A stretch of 64,000 bases of DNA from an uncultured Christensenella sp. (lineage in GTDB: Bacteria > Bacillota > Clostridia > Christensenellales > UBA3700). This document shows positions 9,888-18,432 of the stretch, in pieces. The notes below the pieces were generated by a model. The model saw only the letters and a program-made list of their open reading frames with translations. It was not told where the DNA came from and did no database searches. The stretch lies in the NCBI GenBank assembly GCA_964478025.1, contig CAYZGK010000004.1:8273-72272 (forward strand), read 5' to 3'. The position numbers were made by a program, and so were the translations under genes. The first letter of the stretch is position 1. Each line of letters starts with the position of its first letter.

Positions 9888-10814
9888 ATGAAAAATAATA
9901 TAAAAGGACCTATATTGCTATTTATTACCGCAATTATTTGGGGTGTTGCCTTTGTTTCTCAAAGGTCTGCTGCCTCATATAATTTAGGTGCTTTTACATT
10001 TAATGGAATTAGATATTTATTAGGAGCTATTGTTTTAATACCTTTTGTAATTTTTATAAGGACAAGAAAGAATGGTAGTTATAGTATGCTTAGTGTAGAT
10101 GAAAAGAAAATCTATAATAAAAATACAATAATAGGTGGTATAGTTTGTGGATTGTTTTTGTGTATAGCATCAAGTTTTCAACAATTTGGAGTTGAAGGAT
10201 TATCATCTGGGAAAACAGGATTTATTACTGCCTTATATATTATTTTTGTGCCATTACTTGGATTATGTTTTAAAAAGAAATGTTCTATATTTGTCTTTAT
10301 TGCAGTGCCTGTTGCTCTTGTTGGAATGTATTTTTTATGCATGGTAGGGGAAAGTTTTGCAATAACAAAGTATGAAGTTTATGTTTTTTTATGTGCAATA
10401 TTCTTTACTTTTCAAATAAGTGCTGTAGATTATTTTGCAATTAAGGTTGATTGTGTTGCTATGGCTTGTATTGAGTTTACAGTAACTGGCTTGATAAGTC
10501 TTATAGCAATGTTTATATTTGAAAAACCAGAAATAGAAACTATAAAATCTTGTTATGTTCAAATCTTGTATTCAGGAATAATGTCTTCTGGAGTTGCATA
10601 TACATTACAAGTTGTAGGTCAAAAACATACAAATCCAACGCTCGCTTCGCTTATTATGAGTCTTGAGTCTACTATTTCAGCAATAGCAGGTTGGATTATA
10701 TTAAAAGAAAATTTATCTTGGCAACAATGGCTTGGATGTGGAATTATGTTTATAGCAATAATAATTGCACAAATACCAATGAAAAATAAAAAAACAGGGG
10801 AATTAAATCAATGA
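9888..10814 (+). CDS. DMT/EamA-family transporter
   Basis: IIWGVAFVSQR, FNGIRY, GKTGFITALYIIFVP, SGVAYTLQVVGQK, LIMSLES; ATG 9888 preferred over TTG 9882. Confidence 0.92.
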   Translation: MKNNIKGPILLFITAIIWGVAFVSQRSAASYNLGAFTFNGIRYLLGAIVLIPFVIFIRTRKNGSYSMLSVDEKKIYNKNTIIGGIVCGLFLCIASSFQQFGVEGLSSGKTGFITALYIIFVPLLGLCFKKKCSIFVFIAVPVALVGMYFLCMVGESFAITKYEVYVFLCAIFFTFQISAVDYFAIKVDCVAMACIEFTVTGLISLIAMFIFEKPEIETIKSCYVQILYSGIMSSGVAYTLQVVGQKHTNPTLASLIMSLESTISAIAGWIILKENLSWQQWLGCGIMFIAIIIAQIPMKNKKTGELNQ

Positions 10815-11410
10815 AAGCCGCAATAGTACTAAATTCACAAGCACCAATTGCAGATATTAAAGAAGATGTAATTATCGCAGCAGATAGGGGATATATTCTT
10901 GCATTAGAGCAAAATAAAACTCCTACAATAGTTATTGGAGATTTTGATTCATCAAATGCTCCAGAAAATTTAAAGATAATAAAACTAAATGTGGAAAAAG
11001 ATAATACAGATGGTGAAGCTTGTATTGATTGGGCCAAAGATAACGGCTTTAATGAAATTACTATATATGGAATAACATCTGGAAGAATTGATCATCAATT
11101 AGCTAATATTTCTCTTTTAGCCTATGGTGATAAACTAGGATTAAGAGTAGTGGGAGAGGATAGGGATTGTAGAATCTTATATTTAAAGAAAGGTAAGTAT
11201 TCTTTTGACATGAATATTAATCAAGAGTTTTCTATTTTTCCATTTGATGGTACTGCCATTATAGATAACGGGATAGGGTGTAAATATCCAATAAATAATC
11301 TTAAATTACTATCTTATTTAGGCGGTAGAGCTATTTCCAATAAAGCATTAAATAATAAAGTATCTTTTGATGTAATAGATGGTAGCGTTTTATTAATTAT
11401 TAATAAATAA
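10811..11410 (+). CDS. thiN: Thiamine pyrophosphokinase
   Basis: IAADRG, IGDFDS, EKDNTDGE, GRIDHQLANI motifs. Confidence 0.92.
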   Translation: MKAAIVLNSQAPIADIKEDVIIAADRGYILALEQNKTPTIVIGDFDSSNAPENLKIIKLNVEKDNTDGEACIDWAKDNGFNEITIYGITSGRIDHQLANISLLAYGDKLGLRVVGEDRDCRILYLKKGKYSFDMNINQEFSIFPFDGTAIIDNGIGCKYPINNLKLLSYLGGRAISNKALNNKVSFDVIDGSVLLIINK

Positions 11411-11431
11411 TTAGAATAATAATATTAAGTT

Positions 11432-11459
11432 CACAACCGGACAATTTTGTCCGGTTGTG
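11432..11459. promoter_or_regulatory. Palindrome copy 1 (candidate XRE operator)
   Basis: CACAACCGGACAA-TT-TTGTCCGGTTGTG, perfect 13-bp arms. Confidence 0.7.
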
Positions 11460-11543
11460 TTCTTCTTTATGCCCTTCTTAAAGAGTGTCTTATATATCAA
11501 AATGTAGGTATACAAAAATCTCACTTTATAAGGAGGGAATATT

Positions 11544-12047
11544 ATGAAAAAGATAGGAGCAGGTGGAAAGCTTCAGAATTATGATTCAAAAGGTAGATAT
11601 TGTAAAAATAACTATTTTGATTTTACGCCACCTGCATTTACTAAAAAAGAAATAAGAAGGCGTAAAGAAGAAAAACGTCGGCAAGAACTTTATGAAAAAG
11701 CAAAATGCAGTGATGATGCTTATATATTTGATGTATATTTAGCTTTAGAAAAAGCCATTCCTGGTGTTGTTATTGGTGTAAATGAAAAATTGTTAGATGA
11801 AAATATAGGTAAACCTCGTGAATTTGACATAATTACTAAAAAATGCATAATAGAAGTAAAGTCTAAAGCTGTTAAATGTGAAAGTCAATTACTAGCTCAA
11901 CTTAGATATACTAATTTACATAAGATAAAACATTTCTTGTATTCTCCAACTATCACTAGAGTGGCAAAATATGAATATGAGAAAAATGGAATTGATGTAA
12001 GTAAAACATTAGATGAATTAGTAAGAAAAGTAAAGGAGATGCAATAA
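11544..12047 (+). CDS. Putative PD-(D/E)xK nuclease toxin, allele T1
   Basis: REFDIITKKCIIEVKS (D95, E104, K106), downstream Q helix; RBS AAGGAGG; stop overlaps next ATG (TAATG). Confidence 0.7.
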   Translation: MKKIGAGGKLQNYDSKGRYCKNNYFDFTPPAFTKKEIRRRKEEKRRQELYEKAKCSDDAYIFDVYLALEKAIPGVVIGVNEKLLDENIGKPREFDIITKKCIIEVKSKAVKCESQLLAQLRYTNLHKIKHFLYSPTITRVAKYEYEKNGIDVSKTLDELVRKVKEMQ

Positions 12048-12418
12048 TGAGAGATATATTTTTTGTTACAAAAGAACCAATGGTTTTAGAAGATTGCTTT
12101 GAAGCTATAAAGAAAGTTTATAAATCTGCCGATACTGGTATTGGTGTTATATGTTTAGATAAGTCAGCTCCAAAATCAGCATATATGTGGTTTCCATCAT
12201 TAAAAAAATACGAACCAGGTGAGGTTTGGGAAGAGGATGATTTGAAAGATGTGCCTGATGATTATAATTATTTTACAACATTAAATTATCATCTAACGTG
12301 TGTGACTAAAAATTTTGTTAGGGCTTTACAGCCTTTGTATCCAGATATGTTAATACAAGATGATGATTCTAAGGTATATACTATCGACGAATATTTAAAT
12401 TGTAAGTTTGATCATTAA
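12047..12418 (+). CDS. Putative cognate immunity protein, allele I1
   Basis: Small acidic protein translationally coupled to the nuclease; paralog of four other copies. Confidence 0.65.
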   Translation: MRDIFFVTKEPMVLEDCFEAIKKVYKSADTGIGVICLDKSAPKSAYMWFPSLKKYEPGEVWEEDDLKDVPDDYNYFTTLNYHLTCVTKNFVRALQPLYPDMLIQDDDSKVYTIDEYLNCKFDH

Positions 12419-12464
12419 ATAATGATTAATAAATGAAATAATAAATTACTAGAGGAATTATTTT

Positions 12465-12490
12465 ACAACCGGACAATCTTGTCCGGTTGT
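12465..12490. promoter_or_regulatory. Palindrome copy 2
   Basis: ACAACCGGACAA-TC-TTGTCCGGTTGT. Confidence 0.7.
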
Positions 12491-12575
12491 GTTCTTGTTT
12501 ATGCCCTTCTTAAAGAGTGTCTTATATATCAAAATGTAGGTATACAAAAATCTCACTTTATAAGGAGGGAATATT

Positions 12576-13082
12576 ATGAAAAAGATAGGAGCAGGTGGAA
12601 AGCTTCAGAATTATGATTCAAAAGGTAGATATTGTAAAAATAACTATTTTGATTTTACGCCACCTGCATTTACTAAAAAAGAAATAAGAAGACGTAAAGA
12701 AGAAAAACGTCGGCAAGAACTTTATGAAAAAGCAAAAAATAGTGATGATGCTTATGTGTTTGATGTGTACTTAACTTTAGAAAAAGCAATGCCGGGTGTT
12801 GTTATAGGCGTAAATGAATATAGATTAGATGAAAATATAGGTAAACCCCGTGAATTTGACATAATCACTAAAAAATGCATAATAGAAGTAAAGTCAGAAA
12901 AGGCTGCAAAGAAAGAAAAACAATTATTAGCACAATTAAAATATGCCAATTCGCATAAGTTAAAACATTTTTTATATTCGCCTACTATTACTAGAGCAAG
13001 GAAGTATGAATATGAGAAAAATGGAATTAATGTAAGTAAAACATTAGATGAGTTAATTAGAAAACTAAAGGAGATGCAATAA
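12576..13082 (+). CDS. Putative PD-(D/E)xK nuclease toxin, allele T2
   Basis: Same N-terminal 54 aa and catalytic motif as T1; C-terminal half diverged. Confidence 0.7.
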   Translation: MKKIGAGGKLQNYDSKGRYCKNNYFDFTPPAFTKKEIRRRKEEKRRQELYEKAKNSDDAYVFDVYLTLEKAMPGVVIGVNEYRLDENIGKPREFDIITKKCIIEVKSEKAAKKEKQLLAQLKYANSHKLKHFLYSPTITRARKYEYEKNGINVSKTLDELIRKLKEMQ

Positions 13083-13453
13083 TGAGAGATATATTTTTTG
13101 TTACAAAAGAACCAATGGTTTTAGAAGATTGCTTTGAAGCTATAAAGAAAGTTTATAAATCTGCCGATACGGGTATTGGTGTTATATGTTTAGATAAGTC
13201 AGCTCCGAAATCAGCATATATGTGGTTTCCATCATTAAAAAAATATGACCCAGATGAGTTTTGGGAAGAGGATGAATTAGAAAATATACCAGATGATTAT
13301 AATTATTTTACAAATTTAGAATATCATTTATCTTGTGTGTCTAAAAATTTTGTTAAGGCATTACAGCCTCTATATCCAGATATGCTTATACAAGATGATG
13401 ATTATGTAGTATATACCATCGAAGAATATTTAAATTGTAAGTTTGATCATTAA
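13082..13453 (+). CDS. Putative immunity protein, allele I2
   Basis: First 55 aa identical to I1, rest diverged; TAATG coupling. Confidence 0.65.
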   Translation: MRDIFFVTKEPMVLEDCFEAIKKVYKSADTGIGVICLDKSAPKSAYMWFPSLKKYDPDEFWEEDELENIPDDYNYFTNLEYHLSCVSKNFVKALQPLYPDMLIQDDDYVVYTIEEYLNCKFDH

Positions 13454-13499
13454 ATAATGATTAATAAATGAAATAATAAATTACTAGAGGAATTATTTT

Positions 13500-13525
13500 A
13501 CAACCGGACAATCTTGTCCGGTTGT
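13500..13525. promoter_or_regulatory. Palindrome copy 3
   Basis: Identical to copy 2. Confidence 0.7.
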
Positions 13526-13610
13526 GTTCTTGTTTATGCCCTTCTTAAAGAGTGTCTTATATATCAAAATGTAGGTATACAAAAATCTCACTTTATAAGG
13601 AGGGAATATT

Positions 13611-14117
13611 ATGAAAAAGATAGGAGCAGGTGGAAAGCTTCAGAATTATGATTCAAAAGGTAGATATTGTAAAAATAACTATTTTGATTTTACGCCACCT
13701 GCATTTACTAAAAAAGAAATAAGAAGACGTAAAGAAGAAAAACGTCGGCAAGAACTTTATGAAAAAGCAAAAAATAGTGATGATGCTTATGTATTTGATG
13801 TGTATTTAGCTTTAGAAAAAGCAATGCCTGGTGTGGTTATAGGTGTAAATGAATATTTATACGATGAAAATATTAAAGATAAAAGGGAGTTTGACATAAT
13901 TACTAAAAAATGCATAATAGAAGTAAAGTCAGGCGATGTAGTAAAGAGGGAGAAACAATTTTTGGCACAGCTAAAGTATACAAAGTTTCATGGGGTACAA
14001 TATTTTATTTTTGCTCCGGATTTAAATAGAATTAGAACTTATCAATATACCAAAGATGGATTTAACATAAGTAAAACGTTAGATGAATTAATAAGAAAAG
14101 TAAAGGAGATACAATAA
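13611..14117 (+). CDS. Putative PD-(D/E)xK nuclease toxin, allele T3
   Basis: Same N-terminus and motif; C-terminal half identical to T4. Confidence 0.7.
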   Translation: MKKIGAGGKLQNYDSKGRYCKNNYFDFTPPAFTKKEIRRRKEEKRRQELYEKAKNSDDAYVFDVYLALEKAMPGVVIGVNEYLYDENIKDKREFDIITKKCIIEVKSGDVVKREKQFLAQLKYTKFHGVQYFIFAPDLNRIRTYQYTKDGFNISKTLDELIRKVKEIQ

Positions 14118-14485
14118 TGAGAGATATATTTTTTGTTACAAAAGAACCAATGATTTTAGATGATTGTTATATAGAAATAAAGAAAGTTTATAAAAAAAGC
14201 GAAAAAAGCAATTGTAAAATTAGTTTATATGGAGCTCCAAAATCAGCATATATGTGGTTTCCTTCATTAAAAAAATATGACCCAAGTGAATATTGGGGTG
14301 AAGATGAATTGGAAAATATACCTGATGATTATAATTATTTTACAAATCTTGAATATCATCTAACGTGTGTATCTAAAAATTTTGTTAGGGCTTTACAACC
14401 ATTGTATCCAGATATGCTAATACAAGATGATTATCTAAAAGTATATACAATTGAAGAATATTTAAGTTGTAAGTTTGACCATTAG
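14117..14485 (+). CDS. Putative immunity protein, allele I3
   Basis: Paralog of I1/I2; TAATG coupling. Confidence 0.65.
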   Translation: MRDIFFVTKEPMILDDCYIEIKKVYKKSEKSNCKISLYGAPKSAYMWFPSLKKYDPSEYWGEDELENIPDDYNYFTNLEYHLTCVSKNFVRALQPLYPDMLIQDDYLKVYTIEEYLSCKFDH

Positions 14486-14528
14486 AACTATGAATAATGA
14501 ATAAAATAAAGACTTTCTAAAGAAAAAA

Positions 14529-15176
14529 CTACTTTTTTTGATTTTTTATTTTATTTTTAAATTTTGTTTTATATTCATTTTCGTATTCTTTAGGATCCTC
14601 TCCATTGTAAACTAATAGTTTATTAAGTCTTTCTATTGATGGAAATAGGGAGTCTTCATAATTTCTGAAATTTTGAATTAATTTATCAAAATCTTTTATG
14701 CTAATTGTTGGATCTTCGTCTCTTATATCTACACAATAATTTTTATTTTCAAAATTATCATTAAGTCTATTTAAGTATATTTGTGTTTCCTTATCTAAAC
14801 ACTCAAAAATATATTCTTCACCATTGGGTAAATTTGGATTTTTGATTTTTTTAGGAATAATAACAAGTGAAAACATAAGTCTATTTAGTCTTTTAAATGA
14901 TGCTTCCCAGGTATATAGGTTGTCATCAGATGTCTCTTTATTAAGAATTAGATAATCAAGTGAAACATTATATAAATCAGCTAGAGCAACTAGAAAATCG
15001 ATTTTTGGGGAACATTTTCCTTGTTCATATCGTCTAATAGTTCTTTCGTCAATTATTAAATAATGTTTATTTTGTAATTTTTCTATAACATTATCTATTG
15101 TATATTGTTTTTCTTTTCTTAATATTCTAAGTCGTTTACCTACATTTTTTCTAAAGTTTTCATCTGAAATAAACAT
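14529..15176 (-). CDS. XRE/Cro-C1 HTH transcriptional regulator with C-terminal extension
   Basis: VGKRLRILRKEKQYT...TIRRYEQGKCSPKIDFLVALADLYNVSLDYL; RBS AGGTAGGTG. Confidence 0.92.
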   Translation of the reverse strand: MFISDENFRKNVGKRLRILRKEKQYTIDNVIEKLQNKHYLIIDERTIRRYEQGKCSPKIDFLVALADLYNVSLDYLILNKETSDDNLYTWEASFKRLNRLMFSLVIIPKKIKNPNLPNGEEYIFECLDKETQIYLNRLNDNFENKNYCVDIRDEDPTISIKDFDKLIQNFRNYEDSLFPSIERLNKLLVYNGEDPKEYENEYKTKFKNKIKNQKK

Positions 15177-15197
15177 TTTTCACCTACCTTTATATTG

Positions 15198-15246
15198 ATT
15201 TTACCAAATCGGACATTTTTGTCCAGTAGTGTATGAGAAAATGTCC
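15198..15246 (-). promoter_or_regulatory. Candidate XRE promoter overlapped by degenerate palindrome
   Basis: Minus strand TGGACA(15225-15220)-16 nt-TAAAAT(15203-15198) with extended TG; GGACA-TTTT-TGTCC at 15211-15224; extra TGTCC 22 bp away. Confidence 0.65.
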
Positions 15247-15311
15247 TTCTTTTGGTTCATAACGAAGAACATAATATTTATGACAAAAATTTATTTTAAG
15301 GAGAAAAGGCT

Positions 15312-15818
15312 ATGAAAAAGATAGGAGCAGGTGGAAAACTTCAGAATTATGATTCAAAAGGTAGATACTGTAAAAATAACTATTTTGATTTTACGCCACC
15401 TGCATTTACTAAAAAAGAAATAAGAAGACGTAAAGAATAAAAGCGACGACAAGAACTTTATGAAAAAGCAGAAAAAAGTGATGATGCTTATGTGTTTGAT
15501 GTATATTTAGCTTTAGAAAAAGCTATGCCCGGTGTAGTTATAGGAGTAAATGAGTATTTGTTTGATGCAAACATAGGAGCAAATAGGGAGTTTGACATAA
15601 TTACTAAAAAATGCATAATAGAAGTAAAGTCAGGCGATGTAGTAAAGAGGGAGAAACAATTTTTGGCACAGCTAAAGTATACAAAGTTTCATGGGGTACA
15701 ATATTTTATTTTTGCTCCGGATTTAAATAGAATTAGAACTTATCAATATACCAAAGATGGATTTAACATAAGTAAAACGTTAGATGAATTAATAAGAAAA
15801 GTAAAGGAGATACAATAA
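15312..15818 (+). pseudogene. Nuclease toxin allele T4, nonsense mutation
   Basis: ATG 15312 homologous to T1-T3; GAA>TAA at 15438-15440; rest of frame intact. Confidence 0.88.
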
Positions 15819-16185
15819 TGAGAGATATATTTTTTGTTACAAAAGAACCAATGAATATAGATGATTGCTATAAGGAAATAAGTAAAGTTTATAAAAAGGC
15901 AAAAAAATATGATGATGAAATTAGTATTTTAGGTGCTCCAAAGTCTGCTTTTATGTGGTTTCCATCATTAAAAAATATGATCCTAGTGAATATTGGGGTG
16001 AGGATCAGTTAAAAGATATACCAAAAGATTATAATTATTTTACAACCTTAAATTATCATTTAACGTGTGTAACTAAAAACTTTGTTAGAGCTTTACAAAC
16101 ATTGTATCCAGATATGCTGATACAAGATGCTTATTTGAAAGTATATAAAATTGAAGAATATTTAAATTGTAAGTTTGACCACTAA
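15818..16185 (+). pseudogene. Immunity allele I4, -1 frameshift in A-tract
   Basis: A6 at 15970-15975 where the other four paralogs have A7; both halves match the family. Confidence 0.88.
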
Positions 16186-16209
16186 TAATGTGAGTAAAGG
16201 AAAAATAAA

Positions 16210-16578
16210 ATGAGAGATATATTTTTTGTTACAAAAGAACCAATGAATGTAGAGGATTGCTATAAGGAAATAAGTAAAATTTATAAAAAAGCAGAAAAAC
16301 TAAATGAACAAATATCTTTAGATAATTATCCTAAATCGGCCCTTATGTGGTTTCCATCATTAAAAAAATATGATCCAAGTGAATATTGGGGTGAAGATGA
16401 ATTAGAAAACATACCGGAAGATTATAATTATTTTACAAATCTTGAGTATCATTTAACTTGTGTATCTAAAAATTTTGTTAGGGCATTACAACCATTGTAT
16501 CCAGATATGCTAATACAAGATGCTTATTTGAAAGTATATACAATTGAAGAATATTTAAATTGTAAATTTGACCATTAA
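16210..16578 (+). CDS. Orphan immunity allele I5
   Basis: Full-length paralog with no upstream nuclease gene. Confidence 0.7.
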   Translation: MRDIFFVTKEPMNVEDCYKEISKIYKKAEKLNEQISLDNYPKSALMWFPSLKKYDPSEYWGEDELENIPEDYNYFTNLEYHLTCVSKNFVRALQPLYPDMLIQDAYLKVYTIEEYLNCKFDH

Positions 16579-16764
16579 AATAATTGTAAATTTTTTATGC
16601 CAAATTTTATTCTTTTATTGTCTAAAACTATGTTTTTTGAAACTTTATTATGTAATAATAGTTGATAAAATTTCGTAAAAGTGGTATCACATAAAATGTA
16701 TTATAGTGCTCAATTTGTAAAAGCTAAAATTTATGATTAAGCACATAATTTGAAAAAGGAATAA

Positions 16765-18432
16765 ATGAGTAAAAAAAGATGCTCGATTTTGTATATTTTT
16801 ATTCTATGTGTGCTATTTGTTACTAGTATTATTTTTTTGAACGCTTGTTCGTCAGAAAATTTAGTTTCCATTACTATAAGTGGTGATACAGAAATATTGG
16901 CAGGTAATTTTGATTTCTCAAATTATATGGTTGAAGCAACATACGATACAGGAGAAGTTAAAAAAGTTGAATTAACAAAAGATATGCTATCTTCTGAGGA
17001 TTATTTAAAAGTTTTTTCAGATGGAGATAAAACTTTAACTATTAACTATGGTGGTTTAACTTGTGAACTTAACTTAAAGGTTTGTTTATATGAGTTTACA
17101 GATTTGAAATTTAATGATATAGAAACAACATATTCAGGCTCATATGTAACAGCAGAAGTTGTTAATAATTATCCTGAAGGAACTACAGTTTACTACCCAT
17201 CTGGGAATAGTTTTTTAAATGCTGGAACTTATGAAGTTACAGCTATCGTTTCAAGAAGAAACTATATTACACAAACATTAACAGCAACAGTTGTTATTAA
17301 TCAAGCAGAGTACGATATGTCAAATGTCTCATTTATAGATACTACTTTTGAATATGATGGGAAAGAGCATTCAACAGTAATTACAGGGGATTTACCAAGT
17401 GGTGTAACTGTAACATACCCGGATAATAACAATAAAAAAACAAATGCTGGCACTTATGATGTTAAAGCTTGTTTTTCATTTGATGGAAACAACTATAAAC
17501 AAATTCCAGATATGACTGCTAAAATGACTATAAATAAGAAAAAATATAATACTGAGAATTTAACATTTAGCAGTGAAAAAATAACATATGATGGAAAGGA
17601 ACATACATTGCAAGTTTCTAATTGCCCATCAAATGTTAGAGTAGAATATCAAGTAGGAATGTATAAAAATGATAAATACACTGATATAACAGGCAGTAAA
17701 TTAGTTGATGCTGATACATATTATTTTACGGCAAAATTTTATTCAAATGATGTAAATTACGAAGATATTCCTGATATGCATGCTCAGTTAATTATTGATC
17801 AAGCAATCTATGATACAAGTATAATTTCAATGGATAGTAAGGAAGTGGATTATAATGGAAAACCTCAAACTCTTACTCCATATATGCTAGATGGTTCTAA
17901 AGATCTTCCAAGCGACTTATACATTTTGTATAGTTATTATACAAAAGATGGAAAAGAAATTATAGAATCATATGATGAAGATAATTCACCTATTTATGCT
18001 CAATCGGTTACTGATTATGGAACTTATGTGTATACTGTTCAGCTTTGGAGTAAAGATGAAAATTATTATGTAGATAGTGAATTAACTGCAACATTAATAA
18101 TTAATAAAATAGATTATAATGTAGATGATGTTTCAGTTGATGATTATAAATATACAGGAGAGAAAATAAGTGTAACTGTTAATAATATTCCTTCTGATTT
18201 AAGTGGAAATAAATTAGGAGTGAAACTTTCATATTTCACTGAAAAGCCAGCTTTGGATGAAAATGGCAAATATAATTACATAACAGACAACGAAGGGAAC
18301 CCAGTAACTGGTGTAACTGATGAGGGTGATTACTTTGTTATGATAGAATTTACGGATCAAAATAACGAAAACTATAACGAATTAAAACCTATAGTAAAAT
18401 CCTTTAAGATAACAAAGGAGGCAAGTGTATGA
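16765..18432 (+). CDS. Lipoprotein with Ig-like domain and MBG-like repeats
   Basis: Lipobox LNAC (Cys28); repeated YDGKEH...NAGTYxV...NYxxIPDMxAxLxI units; ATGA overlap with VirD4. Confidence 0.8.
   Translation: MSKKRCSILYIFILCVLFVTSIIFLNACSSENLVSITISGDTEILAGNFDFSNYMVEATYDTGEVKKVELTKDMLSSEDYLKVFSDGDKTLTINYGGLTCELNLKVCLYEFTDLKFNDIETTYSGSYVTAEVVNNYPEGTTVYYPSGNSFLNAGTYEVTAIVSRRNYITQTLTATVVINQAEYDMSNVSFIDTTFEYDGKEHSTVITGDLPSGVTVTYPDNNNKKTNAGTYDVKACFSFDGNNYKQIPDMTAKMTINKKKYNTENLTFSSEKITYDGKEHTLQVSNCPSNVRVEYQVGMYKNDKYTDITGSKLVDADTYYFTAKFYSNDVNYEDIPDMHAQLIIDQAIYDTSIISMDSKEVDYNGKPQTLTPYMLDGSKDLPSDLYILYSYYTKDGKEIIESYDEDNSPIYAQSVTDYGTYVYTVQLWSKDENYYVDSELTATLIINKIDYNVDDVSVDDYKYTGEKISVTVNNIPSDLSGNKLGVKLSYFTEKPALDENGKYNYITDNEGNPVTGVTDEGDYFVMIEFTDQNNENYNELKPIVKSFKITKEASV

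Larger units (their letters stand above)
11432..16578. repeat. Tandem array of nuclease/partner two-gene cassettes with embedded XRE gene
   Basis: Three ~1.03 kb direct repeats (ORF starts 11544, 12576, 13611), a diverged fourth copy (15312) and an orphan partner gene (16210). Confidence 0.97.

Noticed and set aside
11544-12418. Restriction-modification system with C-protein
   Set aside because: No methyltransferase motifs in the partner protein or nearby.
11432-14485. Array as CRISPR or integron cassette array
   Set aside because: Units are ~1 kb paralogous gene pairs, not unique spacers, and there are no cas genes. The palindromes are too short for attC, do not fit RYYYAAC/GTTRRRY, and no integrase is present.
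11544-16578. Diversity-generating retroelement acting on the cassettes
   Set aside because: Differences are not adenine-specific and include indels; no reverse transcriptase in the window.
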